In this document: piece after piece, positions 42,040 to 54,615 of the stretch
How the letters are laid out: every line of letters starts with the position of its first letter
Numbering within the stretch: the stretch's first letter is position 1
Source of the DNA: Macrostomum lignano
Taxonomy: Eukaryota
Assembly: GCA_002269645.1 (NCBI GenBank)
Contig: NIVC01003008.1
Span: forward strand, 33,305-97,304
Direction of reading: 5' to 3'
DNA length: 64,000 nucleotides
Translations under genes and position numbers: made by a program
Notes under the pieces: model-generated
Seen by the model: only the letters and a program-made list of their open reading frames with translations
Told to the model about the DNA's origin: nothing
The model's database searches: none

Positions 42040-42880
42040 ATAATGGATACAGTGTTCTTAAGACATTGGTTTAGTATAGAGCCATAGAGATTAGCTATCC
42101 TTGCTTCTTATAAAGTAGATTTGCAATTTTATAGAAGCCAAGGTTTAGTAGAAGTAATTGATTTTGTCCAATTGCTAGACAATGCTACCAAGCCATGTGT
42201 TAGAAAAGTACTCACATAATACATGTAGCTGTTTATTTTAGGTTGTCTACTGCTATTCAAATTGTCTACTCAAATTTGCTTGCAAATAGTGAAAGTAATA
42301 TAGCCACGATGCTTCACATTAAAGAATATAGGCTAGTGGTATCTGCTTTATAGGCTTATTCTGATGAATGTAACCATGAAAGATATATAGCTTGTAGCTA
42401 TAGAAACAGTTCCTTCACAACAAAAAAGGTTGAATTATTGCTGAACCACTCTGCAATATTCTAGCGGCTGTATACTTAATTGACATTGGCTAGCAAATGT
42501 AATGGTATTTGCCACTCTCTTCATGTAGACCCTCACTTTGTAAAAGTTATTTGGCAATGCATTTTCTTGAAGTTGAAATTCCTAATCTTGTGACTCTTTG
42601 GGATGCTGTGGAGCTTGGGCTTAATTTACTGCTTTTGATAGCACTTCCACTGTTAGCACCTAAGGCAGAATTTTTCAGCTGTCTTTGTTTTGTAGAAGAA
42701 CTTGTTCTGCAATTGCAGCAGCAAGTCTAAAGAGCTTCTCCTGAACTTGGTTGCATGTTTCTCAAACAACCAATTGGCATATTGATAGTTGCCTGACTAG
42801 GCATTGGCAACAAGTATGCTTGTTCTTACCACTAATGTATATTCCATTTGCCTCAACATAGCTGAGGCAGTACATTTAGT
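42040..42880 (-). mobile_element. Decayed Mutator/MULE-type transposase remnant
   Basis: Minus-strand VEVLSKAVN*AQAPQHPKESQD*EFQLQENALPNNF...TITFASQCQL and FYKIANLLYKK match the pre-catalytic and C-terminal segments of metazoan MULEs as I recall them; multiple stops and frameshifts. Confidence 0.6.
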
Positions 42881-44529
42881 GTGACATTTCTAACTGTGCA
42901 TCTCCAATATATCTGGCTCCATGGCTGAACTGTTGACTATAACTAAAGCTATTGGAGCATATTAGAATATCCTTCTCATTCTTAGAAGCTTGGGGAATAA
43001 GAATCCAATATACTAATAAAGTCTAGACTTAACCTGCTATGGTGAAATTGTGATTAGACACCTTTATCCATGGATAAGGATAAAGCCTTTTTATTGGCTC
43101 ATCATTTTACTGTTGCTCTACTACAATCTATTGCTATTGTTGTTGTTTTTGTTGTTATTGTTTATGATGCTTTGGTGCTGCCTTGATCATCCTTCTGCTT
43201 CTATCTCATTTTTCACCATTCCCATTTAGGCTTCTGTCTTGCATAGGTCTATAAGCTCCATCAATAGGATGCATCTGCACTCTCCTTCCATCATTGGACA
43301 GCCCGTATCCATCCGATCATACATGCACAACCTCTGAAATTATGCTGGCCATGCGACTTGGTTTGCGAAAAAAAATGTGACTTACCTATGAAAGAAAGCT
43401 AAGCAAAATAAATTTACTTTTGGGTAAAAGCAGGAGTCCTAATCCTCTTGTGATATCTAATCCTTTTTGTGACTTAGTTTCTCTTTTTCTAGAGTCTAGT
43501 GTTCTAGTGTCTGCCCCCGTTCTCATCCTCTTGAAGCTGACATCTTGCTATCTGTTCTTGAACCATGGGTCTTTACTCCTCCTTTTGCACTATCCATATG
43601 TCTTTTCAACCCTGCTATCGCCGTGCTCCCATTGCTTCACCTTCACCTCCTTGTTTATCCTCTTCACCTTCTAGCCAGCACTCCCACTCCTTCCATTTCT
43701 CAGCCACCACATCTCCCACTAACTAGTCCACTGCCTCATTCTTACTATCAAATAGCAATTTGCAATCAAAGAAGGCAACCTACTGAATAGTTTGCGGATC
43801 CATTTGCTTCAGTGGATTGAGAACCTAGCAGGCCTGTAAGAATTTCTTGTTGAATGGAAGGTACTCCTGCAGATTGGCAGTGCCATTGGCAAAAAAGGCA
43901 TGGACAGATCTTCTGATTGACAGTGATGTTGTTGAATAGGCATCTAGTAGGCTTGTCAATGCTGAGCTAGTAAGGTGACAGCTAAATGGAAATATTTGTT
44001 TTGTCAACCTTCCAGAATTTGGTTGGCAGGCATCCCAATTGAGTCAAATAAATCAAAGGAGCCATTGCTTCATGATTTCAAGAAGTTCACAATATAGCTA
44101 GTGTATATGGTAACCTTGTTGCTAGAATAGAAGTTCAAATTGCTGCAAAGGTTTCAGCACTTCTGCTAGAAAATGAAAAAAGAATTCTGCTATAGGGTCC
44201 AGCAGTGCTGCTTTAAGGCCTGCAAACTTGGGGGCCAATTAACTTAGCTTCACTGAAGTATCATACAAGTGGTTTGAACATGTTGACAATGCACTTCATC
44301 GCAAGTAAAACCTGTAGCCAATGTGTTTCCACTGGACAATGGAGGACCAACTTTTTGATACTGCCAAACTCAGTGCTGGTGTCCAAAAGACAGTCTTACT
44401 CACTAGCATGATATTTAAAATGGCAGTATATGTCACATAAGACTTTCTACTCCTTGGCCTAGCTTGGATTCACTGCAAGAGTAGTTTCCTACATTGTGAA
44501 GCCAAATTCTTTCTTAAGGTGTATCCACT

Positions 44530-44650
44530 TACCAAATAAACAGGTAAGACAAATGGTAAAGAATGTCAAAAATTGCCAAACAGTTATTAACTTTGCCATT
44601 ACCATTGGCTAGGTCAGCACTTGTGCATGTATGGTTCCATGTATTGCGAG
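44530..44650 (+). mobile_element. Possible decayed hAT dimerisation-domain remnant
   Basis: MSKIAKQLLTLP...RSALVHVWFH loosely resembles LxKxAxxLLxxPxSSAxxERxFS. Confidence 0.25.
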
Positions 44651-45146
44651 TACATCTTCCATAGGGGTTCATCATTTTAACTTCTAATTGATTTGTGTTA
44701 CCATTTATTCAGTTTTTTGACTAAGATAGTAGTTGTTTTTTCACTATACAATCTAGTAAATATGGACATAAACTTTTGAAAAAATATATTTGAATTTATA
44801 CAATGAAGCAAACACTAGCAAATACTTTGTATAATTGCAATAATAAATGTGGCTTTAATTACTATTTTTGTTGATCTTTACTATGTTCATATTAGTGTAT
44901 TGTCAAGCTTATTTTGGTCAAGGTTAAAAGTATTCCACATGTAAACAAGTTCTTATTGTCATTATGTATGCTATGCTATGACACATTTACTTCAATTTTG
45001 GCATTCTATATTCAGACCCAGAATACCAAATCGCTCTTGTAATTCTAATACTTAAATTTTCATTCTTTTTTCAATGAGCTCTGTTTTTAGAGTTGGAAAA
45101 CAGCCTTTTGTGTGTAATACTTAAAACTGAATTTTCCACAACTCAG

Positions 45147-45238
45147 GTACATGACACTGCTACATCGCTGGTTTCAAAATCAAATCAGCAAAGAAGAATT
45201 TGACAAACAAGCCAAAAATCTGTTTCTTAATTCAGATG
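45147..45238 (+). CDS. TADA1: TADA1 exon 2 (YMTLLHRWFQNQISKEEFDKQAKNLF)
   Basis: Acceptor actcag|G and donor GATG|gtgagt. Matches the SAGA-Tad1 N-terminal signature LxxWFxxxISKEEFD. Confidence 0.92.
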
Positions 45239-45327
45239 GTGAGTTTTGAATTTAATTTATTTTAACTATACATTGAATGCTTATCTACTTAAAGAAAAAA
45301 TTAGGCACATTGTTATTAATATTTCAG

Positions 45328-45393
45328 TCACAAGTCACAATCAATTCATGCTGCATATTATGAGTTCAGACTGCAAATTGATAGAGTCGTCAG
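45328..45393 (+). CDS. TADA1: TADA1 exon 3 (VTSHNQFMLHIM)
   Basis: Phase 1 to phase 1, tttcag| and |gtatgt; contains the HNxFxxxI Tad1 motif. Confidence 0.9.
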
Positions 45394-45479
45394 GTATGTT
45401 GTATCGATGTTTTGAGTAAAAAAACATGTTTATTTTAAATTAAAAAATGCGTATGGCAATCGCCTCGTACTACTTGCAG

Positions 45480-45656
45480 CGCCTTTGACTAAGAGCCTGC
45501 GTCACAGATTTGTGGAGGTGCCTCAGGTGCCGCTGATATCTTTAATCGCCGACTATAAGCAGGAGACAAACGGCTCCGCTAGTAATCCCTGCACACCAGC
45601 TGGGAGTCAGGGCACCTTTGATCGCGGCTGTCGCAAGGACTTCTCAGTTGTTACAA
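45480..45656 (+). CDS. TADA1: TADA1 exon 4
   Basis: Acceptor cttgcag|CG and donor ACAA|gtgagc; 177 nt, phase 1 to 1, open frame. Confidence 0.85.
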
Positions 45657-45764
45657 GTGAGCAAAATGATTTGTTAGTCTTCAACTTGAAGTCATTATAT
45701 CAATGCTTTTTTGTAAAAAGAATATAACACGTTTCTCATGCCTCTCAGGGTCTCCTGCCCAAGC

Positions 45765-45985
45765 AGGTATCTTTGTTCCCTTAACAGGTGTCCCCTTTCT
45801 CTTAACAGGTGTATCTTGTGTCTAAACAGGTGTCTTTGTTCCCTTAACAGGTGTCTCCTTTCTCTTAACAGGTGTCTCTTCCGTCTAGACAGGTGTCTTT
45901 TCTGTCTAAACAGGTCTATCTATCTATCTATCTATCTATCTATTTAATTTATCTAAAGAGTCTGTCCTGTCTAAACAGGTGTCTC
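45765..45985. repeat. 21-bp AACAGGTGTC-core repeat plus short (TCTA)n, in TADA1 intron 4
   Basis: About 8 copies. Confidence 0.85.
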
Positions 45986-46045
45986 TTCTCCTTTTGCTTT
46001 ATTAGTTAATCGAATATTTGAGTAATAATTTTACTTATTTGACAG

Positions 46046-46779
46046 CCTCCTGCATGCGAGAGCAGCGCCTCCCGGGTGCCTGGATGATGTACGGCCGCGC
46101 TATGCACACGCTGAATTTGTACTCTCTGCAAGACTTCTCCCCGGATACTTTGAACTGCCTGGCACTGGCTACGCAATGCTTCATCAAAAAAGTGTTATTA
46201 TCGGCTTTAGCCACTAGAAAAAGTTGTAGAATATTAGCAGTGTCGGATTCTACTTCAGCCAGTACTACTAGTAGTAGTTCACGCGGCCTTGGCAACCAAT
46301 TCCGATTGCGCAATCATCTGCAACAGCATCAGCAATACCGCAGGCTGGGCTCATTAACAAAAGTTTGGCATCATTCTCGTCGCAGTCGCAGTCGATTGGT
46401 GTTGGAACGGGGCGCCTTCGGCGCTGCCAGGGCGCCACCTATGGCGCCGCTATCGATGCGCGACGGTTACGCGGCGCCCTCCTGCGGCGCCGAATTGAAT
46501 GCTTATTCTCACGCGGCTAGACTTTTTAACCATTGCAACGGAAACAACAGCAGCAGTAGTAGTTATAAGCAGAATGGTTCAATAGAATCGCAACGAGTTG
46601 AAGCCCTGCTCAGATGCGGCAGCCATGCTCAAACTGAAACTCAGTCGACTGCTAGAGTTCAGGATAGCGGCGAGGCGTTGGCGAGTTCGACGCCGTTGGT
46701 TACGGTGTTAACTTTGGAAGATTTGGATCGAGTATTGAGTCGGCCTGATTCACTTGGAGTCGGTTATCACTGCGTACAG
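46046..46779 (+). CDS. TADA1: TADA1 exon 5 (histone-fold region CMREQRLP...LATRKSCRI, low-complexity insert, LTLEDL)
   Basis: Acceptor ttgacag|CC and donor CAG|gtgagc in phase 0. The LP...GR...L.....A....L..RK pattern matches the Tad1 histone-fold-like segment. Confidence 0.9.
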
Positions 46780-46869
46780 GTGAGCTAACAGCGGGCTGAT
46801 CAGTTCACGCCTGTGTCTTTGTTTATAGTAGGCCGGTAAATTAGATTTAAAAAGTGAAATTTCACTTTT

Positions 46870-48140
46870 GAAATTGGCTAGACTAAACTACAGAGTGCCA
46901 AGACAAAGCCATAGAGTGCCCAGACTAAGCTAGAGTGCCCAGACTAAACTACAGAGAGTACCCAGACTAAACTACAGAGAGTACCCAAACTAAACTACAG
47001 AGAGTGTCCAGACTGAACTATGTAGAGTGCCCAGACTAAACTAGACTGCCCAGACTGAACTATGTAGAGTGCCCAGACTAAACTAGACTGCCCAGACTGA
47101 ACTATGGAGAGTGCCAAGACTAAGCTACAGAGTGCCAAGACTGAGCTACAGAGTGCCAAGACTGAACTATGTAGAGTGCCCAGAATAAACTACAGAGAGT
47201 GCCCAGACTGAACAACAGAGAGTGCCCAGACTGAACAACGGAGAGTGCCCAGACTGAACAACGGAGAGTGCCCAGACTAAACTACAGAGTGCCAAGACTA
47301 AGCTGCAGTGCCAAGACTAAGCTACAGAGTGCCCAGACTAAGCTACAGAGTGCCAAGACTAAGCTACAGAGTGCCAAGACTAAGCTACAGAGTGCCCAGA
47401 CTAAGCTACAGAGTGCCAAGACTAAGCTACAGAGTCCCAAGACTAAGCTACAGAGTGCCCAGACTAGGCTACAGAGTGCCAAGACTAAGCTACAGAGTGC
47501 CAAGACTGAGCTACAGAGTGCCAAGACTGAACTATGTAGAGTGCCCAGAATAAACTACAGAGAGTGCCCAGACTGAACAACAGAGAGTGCCCAGACTGAA
47601 CAACGGAGAGTGCCCAGACTGAACAACGGAGAGTGCCCAGACTAAACTACAGAGTGCCAAGACTAAGCTGCAGTGCCAAGACTAAGCTACAGAGTGCCCA
47701 GACTAAGCTACAGAGTGCCAAGACTAAGCTACAGAGTGCCAAGACTAAGCTGCAGTGCCAAGACTAAGCTACAGAGTGCCCAGACTAAGCTACAGAGTGC
47801 CAAGACTAAGCTACAGAGTGCCAAGACTAAGCTACAGAGTGCCCAGACTAAGCTACAGAGTGCCAAGACTAAGCTACAGAGTCCCAAGACTAAGCTACAG
47901 AGTGCCCAGACTAGGCTACAGAGTGCCCAGACTAAGCTACAGAGTGCCAAGACTAAGCTACAGAGAGTGCCCAGACTAAACTACAGAGTGCCAAGACTAA
48001 GCTACAGAGTGCCCAGACTAAGCTACAGAGTGCCAAGACTAAGCTACAGAGTGCCCAGACTAAACTACAGAGTGCCAAGACTAAGCTACAGAGTGCCCAG
48101 ACTAAGCTACAGAGTGCCCAGACTAAGCTACAGAGTGCCA
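46870..48140. repeat. 21-bp minisatellite CAGACTAAGCTACAGAGTGCC in the last TADA1 intron, with a 365-bp higher-order duplication
   Basis: The block starting at 47161 recurs at 47526. Confidence 0.96.
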
Positions 48141-48147
48141 ATTTCAG

Positions 48148-48516
48148 CGCCAGCGTCCAGCCGTGTCGTCAGCTCTGCTTCGCTGTCTGAGTCGCAGCCG
48201 CCTGCTTTCCCGACTTCGCCAGAGACAGCCGCAGGACTCCAGCAGCCAGGCCACTGCTCTGCAGCCGCCGCCAGCGCTTCATCCGCCTACGATAGCGCAG
48301 CAGCGAGAGCATTCAACAACTCACACGACCACCCCTCTGACGCCGGGGTCCCGTATCAACCAGACGATGACGGCTTTCTCAGCTGTCGTCTCCGCCCCGC
48401 CGCCGCACTCGCACCCGATCACTAACGGCCGCGTCTGCGTGATGGAGACCGGCGGCGATCTGGCAGATCTGGTGGCTGGCGACGTTCCCGACGGTTACGA
48501 GGACTGTCTGATGTGA
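48148..48516 (+). CDS. TADA1: TADA1 probable terminal exon (RQRPAVSSALLRCL...DCLM*)
   Basis: Acceptor aatttcag|CGC in phase 0 and an open frame to TGA. The six exons total 1512 nt = 503 aa plus stop. Confidence 0.7.
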   Translation, partial: RQRPAVSSALLRCLSRSRLLSRLRQRQPQDSSSQATALQPPPALHPPTIAQQREHSTTHTTTPLTPGSRINQTMTAFSAVVSAPPPHSHPITNGRVCVMETGGDLADLVAGDVPDGYEDCLM

Positions 48517-48584
48517 TGAGGGCGGCTGCAGCTGCGCTGTGTCTGTTCCGTTTCTGTTGGATTTGTCTCATTGAGATTCCGCTC

Positions 48585-49325
48585 GCTACCCTAGTAGATT
48601 CCGCCCTCTACCCCTGTAGATTCCGCCCTCTACCCCTGTAGATTCCGCTCTCTACCCTTGTAGATTCCGCTCTCTACCCTAGTAGATTCCGCTCTCTACC
48701 CTAGTAGATTCCGCTCTCTACCCCTGTAAATTCTGCCCTTTACCCCTGTAGATTCCGCCCTCTACCCCTGTAGATTCCGCTCTCTACCCCTGTAGATTCC
48801 GCCCTCTACCCCTGTAGATTCTGCTCTCTACCCTTATAGATTCCGCCCTCTACCCCTGTAGATTCCGCTCTCTACCCTAGTAGATTCCGCCCTACCCTTG
48901 TAGATTCCGCCCTCTACCCCTGTAGATTCCGCCCTCTACCCCTGTAGATTCTGCTCTCTACCCTTGTAGATTCCTCTCTCTACCCTTGTAGATTCCGCTC
49001 TCTACCCTTGTAGATTCCGGTCTCTACTTTTGTAGATTCCTGTCTCTGCCCTTGTAGATTCCGCTCTCTACCCTTGTAGATTCCGATCTCTACTCTACAC
49101 TTTTTAGATTCTGCTCTCTACCCTTGTAGATTCCGCTCTCTACCCTTGTAGGTTCTGCCCTCTAATCTTGTAGATTCATCCCTCTACCCTTATAGATTCC
49201 GCCCTCTGCCCTTGTAGATTCCAGTCTCTACCTTTGTAGATTCTACTCTCAGACTCCAATCTCTACCCTTCTTTATAGACTTTTTTCAGACTTCGCTTTC
49301 TACCCGTGTAGATTCCGCTCTCTAC
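48585..49325. repeat. 22-bp minisatellite GTAGATTCCGCTCTCTACCCCT just 3' of the TADA1 stop
   Basis: About 30 copies, decaying rightwards. Confidence 0.95.
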
Positions 49326-50210
49326 CCTCTCACAGCACTCTTGAGTATGAGTATTGAGTCCCGTCCCTACTTGAAAGATTGGGGTAAGAAACTAATTGTT
49401 TATCTTTCAATAGCAAATTGTAAACCTCAATTCAATAAAAAAACCTTGAAGGGCATCAAATCCCATTCTTAGTTACAACTGTAAGCTGCCAGTTAATTAA
49501 ATGATGTTTCCTATCGTAGCTTATTTGCTCAATTTGCGTTTTTTCAATTATCTAAAATTTGTAACTGGTTGAAACCTTATGTGCCAATAAAACTATAATG
49601 TCTAGTACATGCATCAATGTGTACGGTCGCGGTTTCGTAATATTGAGGAAAATATATAAAATAATTTCTTGCCAAAATAATTCAGAAGTTAATAACAAAG
49701 CAAAGCTTGTTGCAAGTAAATTTCAAAAGTTTTTTTTTCCCGATTGCCCTTGTTTTCATTAAATTTAATTAACTACTTTTAGTAGACATTGAATGTATTT
49801 AGCTTTTGCTAGGCAAATTATATTGTTTCGAGAACACAGACTGATATCACTTTTAAAGTAATTAGAGGTGGCATCTATCACATTTTTATAGAATATATAT
49901 TAGCGGCACTGTGATTGCATATAAACCAAGCAATTTACTGGATTGCAGTTAGTTTTCACAAAAATTAAATAGTAGTTCATTTATGATTACGTCGAATGTG
50001 AAGCACAATTAGCGTGTATTGTATGCAATTCTTTAATTCTATAACCTGCAAACGATAACAATATTAGAAAAGTGGCATACAACAGACTGCAAGCAAAAAT
50101 TTTAATAGTTAAACCGTTTTACAACTACTTGGAAAGTATAAATAGATTTACGATCAAACAACCCTATGCGAGAGGCATGTTACAGCTACGTAACAGTTCT
50201 CATTTTCATT

Positions 50211-50560
50211 GGGGTAGCTGGGGTTGGTCAGGCTGATGTACATTGGGGGTAGCTGGGGTTGGTCAGGCTGATGTACATTGGGGGTAGCTGGGGTTGGTCA
50301 GGCTGATGTACATTCGGGGTAGCTGGGGTTGGTCAGGCTGATGTACATTGGGGGTAGCTGGGGTTGGTCAGGCTGATGTACATTGGGGGTAGCTGGGGTT
50401 GGTCAGGCTGATGTACATTGGGGGTAGCTGGGGTTGGTCAGGCTGATGTACATTCGGGGTAGCTGGGGTTGGTCAGGCTGATGTACATTAGGGGTAGCTG
50501 GGGTTGGTCAGACTACATTGGGGGTAGCTGGGGTTGGTCAGACTGATGTACACTGGGGGT
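50211..50560. repeat. 35-bp G-rich minisatellite GGGGTAGCTGGGGTTGGTCAGGCTGATGTACATTG
   Basis: About 10 near-identical copies. Confidence 0.96.
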
Positions 50561-51641
50561 TGGACAATTAAAATGTACATAACTGTAAACACCAAATTTG
50601 AATGCACCTAATTAAAAATTAACAAACTGAAAAGAAAAAACAGCTTTTACAATGTAATAACCAGAAGCATACTAGTACTATTAGAATGCTGTAAATGATT
50701 AGCACATAAGTAGTATGATTAGCACACTGAAATTAAAAGACAATGAATCGCAGATGGCTGGGTTTTTCGTTTTCAAAATTAGAAAAAGCAACAAAACAGC
50801 AAAACAAAGGCAACTATATGCTTTTCATATAATCATGGCAGCAATGTGTGACACACGCAAGCGAATAAGAATAACCGTTTGTTTTGCAATTCACAAAATT
50901 GGAAAGACACTTGAAATATTAAGACAAAATCTTTATTTCATTAAGAAATTAATTTAAATAACAGGTGGAAAGCGAACCGAGTTTCACAAACCCTTACATT
51001 TATCATCACAATACCTGGACAACCCTGTCTGACCTTAAAAATTATAGATCGTATTAATATGTATTAGTATACGCTCTCTTCTTCTCTCCGACACAAATCG
51101 ACCCATATAGAAATAAAATGTTTACATTAAAAAAGGTTATCTCAAGCTTTTGAATAGCTTCAATTAAAACTGAGTGAATACAGTTAAATCTTGAGCCACA
51201 GGTTACAGTTATCAACAAACTGTTCAAACAATTAATGCACGGGTTTAAAAAACTACAGATTAGAAAAGTTGACTCAACCATAAGGCGTGAGTCATCGTAT
51301 GAAATACGAATGCTATGGTGTACAGGACAAATTATACCAGTACTTTAAGCAGCGCATTGCGGTATATAAAAACGCACGAAAATTAAATAAAATACATTTA
51401 TAAAAACGACAGCAAACAGCAATGAATACGGCAGTTAAATAATTTTTCTGAATGCTGCAACTCTTGAAATTGTTTCAAAGCCGATTCGGCTTAAAATTTA
51501 TACCAATAAAACGCATCAAATGATTACTGACTTTTATTCGATTCAAAAGGGATATGACTAAAGAATTGGGATTTAAAAAAAGGGAACAAGATTTTTTCTT
51601 GGGTTCTTTAAAAAAATTAGAAAAACTTTCCTATTTAAATT

Positions 51642-51727
51642 CTTAATGGGATTTTGGGATCTAGATTCTTAGAATGGGATTTTGGGATCTGGATTCTTAG
51701 AATGGGATTTTGGGATCTGGATTCTTA
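51642..51727. repeat. 30-bp repeat, 3 copies (AATGGGATTTTGGGATCTGGATTCTTAG core)
   Basis: Direct reading. Confidence 0.85.
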
Positions 51728-52139
51728 TAATTAGTTTTAGAGATCCAGAGATCCTTAAATTATTAATTCCTTAATGTATTAATTAAAATATATAAACAAA
51801 CACAACGATTAGAAGGCCTTTGCAAAAAATAAGCAAGCAGATTTACAGGCAAAATATGAAAAAATATAATTAAGAGCAAAAAATCAATATGCAAGCATAT
51901 ACACATACAGAAGTTATAAGTACACGTGCACTTGTCTTAATCTGGTGGAACACTTAAACAAAAAATTCAAATTCAAATAAAATCTTAAATTTAATAATAA
52001 TAATACGCTGCAATTTGAAAAAACAAACTTAAACAAATGACGCGAAGAGTATGGAATCACAAAATATTTGTTTGCTTAAAAAAGCCAACCTAGCCTAAAA
52101 CTAAGAATAAATATACGAAATTTAATGAAATACGCAAGG

Positions 52140-53455
52140 CAGCTGACACCCGCACCTCAGATAATCAGTGAGTCAGCTGATACCCTCTCCTCAGAGCATC
52201 AGTGAGACAGCTGACACCCTCTCCTCAGATCATCAGTGAGTCAGCTGATACCCTCTCCCTCAGATCATCAGTGAGACAGCTGACACCCTCTCCTCAGAGC
52301 ATCAGTGAGACAGCTGACACCCTCTCCTTAGATCATTAGTGAGACAGCTGACACCCTCACCTCAGAGCATCAGTGAGACAGCTGACACCCTCTTCTCAGA
52401 GCATCAGTGAGACAGCTGACACCCTCTCCTCAGATCATTAGTGAGCTGAGACAGCTGACACCCTCTCCTCAGATCATTAGTGAGACAGCTGACACCCTCT
52501 CCTCAGAGCATCAGTGAGACAGCTGACACCCTCACCTCAGAGCATCAGTGAGACAGCTGACACCCTCTTCTCAGATCATTAGTGAGACAGCTGACACCCT
52601 CTCCTCAGAGCATCAGTGAGACAGCTGACACCCTCTCCTCAGAGCATCAGTGAGACAGCTGACACCCTCTCCTCAGAGCATCAGTGGGACAGCTGACACC
52701 CTCTCCTCAGAGCATCAGTGGGACAGCTGACACCCTCTCCTCAGAGCATCAGTGAGACAGCTGACACCCTCTCCTCAGATCATTAGTGAGACAGCTGACA
52801 CCCTCTCCTCAGAGCATCAGTGAGACAGCTGACACCCTCTCCTCAGAGCATCAGTGAGACAGCTGACACCCTCTCCTCAGAGCATCAGTGGGACAGCTGA
52901 CACCCTCTCCTCAGAGCATCAGTGGGACAGCTGACACCCTCTCCTCAGAGCATCAGTGAGACAGCTGACACCCTCTCCTCAGAGCATCAGTGGGACAGCT
53001 GACACCCTCTCCTCAGAGCATCAGTGGGACAGCTGACACCCTCTCCTCAGAGCATCAGTGGGACAGCTGACACCCTCTCCTCAGAGCATCAGTGAGACAG
53101 CTGACACCCTCTCCTCAGAGCATCAGTGGGACAGCTGACACCCTCTCCTCAGAGCATCAGTGGGACAGCTGACACCCTCTCCTCAGAGCATCAGTGGGAC
53201 AGCTGACACCCTCTCCTCAGAGCATCAGTGGGACAGCTGACACCCTCTCCTCAGAGCATCAGTGAGACAGCTGACACCCTCTCCTCAGATCATTAGTGAG
53301 CTGAGACAGCTGACACCCTCTCCTCAGAGCATCAGTGAGACAGCTGACACCCTCTCCTCAGAGCATCAGTGGGACAGCTGACACCCTCTCCTCAGAGCAT
53401 CAGTTAGTCAGCTGACACTCTCTCCTCAGATCATTAGTAAGACAGCTGACACCTC
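52140..53455. repeat. 34-bp minisatellite CAGCTGACACCCTCTCCTCAGAGCATCAGTG(A/G)GA
   Basis: About 38 copies. Confidence 0.97.
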
Positions 53456-53597
53456 CTCAATATTCAGGTAAGACACAGCGCCGCTAGCCTTACTTCGAGA
53501 GCAAAATTACCAATCACTACGCAACGCAAAGGTAAGCGAAATAAAAATGACGCAAATTATTATAAAAACAATATAAACAAGACATTGAAAACTCTGT

Positions 53598-54221
53598 TTA
53601 CTGTTGCTGATAGGGATGCATAAGAGAATAGTTGGCATAGCCAGGCGGCCCCCAGATGTACACAGTAGTGCCTGGCGCGCCAATGAATGCAGGCTGCTGA
53701 CCAGCAGCTGGCGCAATGGGAGACAGGATGGGTTGTTGATGAAGCAGTGGAAACTGCTGTTGGCTAGGCTGCATGAAAAACTGCTGCTGATGATAAACAA
53801 ACTGAGTAGCAGTGGTAGCCGGGTGCTTAGCCAACTGCTGATAAGGCTGCTGATACAACACCGAAGTCGGATGAAGCTGCTGCTGATGCTGATAGGGAAG
53901 CGACATAGGCGGCAGTGCCGGCAGCAACTGATGATGAGCTGGCACTGCCTGACTGAAATCCTGCAGCTGCTGTTGCTGCGGCTTCAACCTCGGCACGAAC
54001 TCTTCTGCTAGAGGATTCAAAGCTTTTTCCTCCTGCTGCTGCCTCTCCGGCGACTCCTCCGTCTCGGGCGGTACCGTTAGACGGAAATTCTCTTGAAATT
54101 TAATCAGACGCTCTTTGACACTTTCCCGACTGCGCTGCTTCTCCGCTATTGGCTGACATTGCTGCATCTCTGCTGACCCACCGCTGCCACTAGTGCTCTC
54201 CTCTGAGTCAGGCGCTTTGAC
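53598..54221 (-). CDS. PAM2-motif, Q/P-rich protein, Ataxin-2-like; probable last coding exon
   Basis: Acceptor catctcctag|GTC in phase 0. PAM2 LNPLAEEFVP at 53991-54020, preceded by RLIKFQENFRL (like the LxKFxxxFxL helix of ataxin-2) and followed by a Q/P-rich tail. Confidence 0.8.
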   Translation of the reverse strand, partial: VKAPDSEESTSGSGGSAEMQQCQPIAEKQRSRESVKERLIKFQENFRLTVPPETEESPERQQQEEKALNPLAEEFVPRLKPQQQQLQDFSQAVPAHHQLLPALPPMSLPYQHQQQLHPTSVLYQQPYQQLAKHPATTATQFVYHQQQFFMQPSQQQFPLLHQQPILSPIAPAAGQQPAFIGAPGTTVYIWGPPGYANYSLMHPYQQQ

Positions 54222-54254
54222 CTAGGAGATGCATTGTAGACATTTGAAACTTTG

Positions 54255-54520
54255 CCTCAGATACTTCAGGGATGACAGGACACTGACACCTACACCTCAG
54301 ATACTTCAGGGATGGCAGGACACTGACACCTACACCTCAGATACTTCAGGGATGGCAGGACACTGACACCTACACCTCAGATACTTCAGGGATGGCAGGA
54401 CACTGACACCTACACCTCAGATACTTCAGGGATGGCAGGACACTGACACCTCAGATACTAAAGGACACAACTGATACCTCAGATACTAAAGGACAAATGA
54501 TACATCAGATACTAAAGGAC
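54255..54520. repeat. 40-bp minisatellite CCTCAGATACTTCAGGGATGGCAGGACACTGACACCTACA plus shortened derivatives
   Basis: Four to five full copies, then truncated units; intronic. Confidence 0.92.
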
Positions 54521-54615
54521 AGGTAAACTTAAAAATTCCTTAATTTCGAGTTAGTAAGCTTAGTTTTTTTGTTTATCAAAGTAGCTAAACAGAATATATA
54601 ATAAAAGGAACTCAC

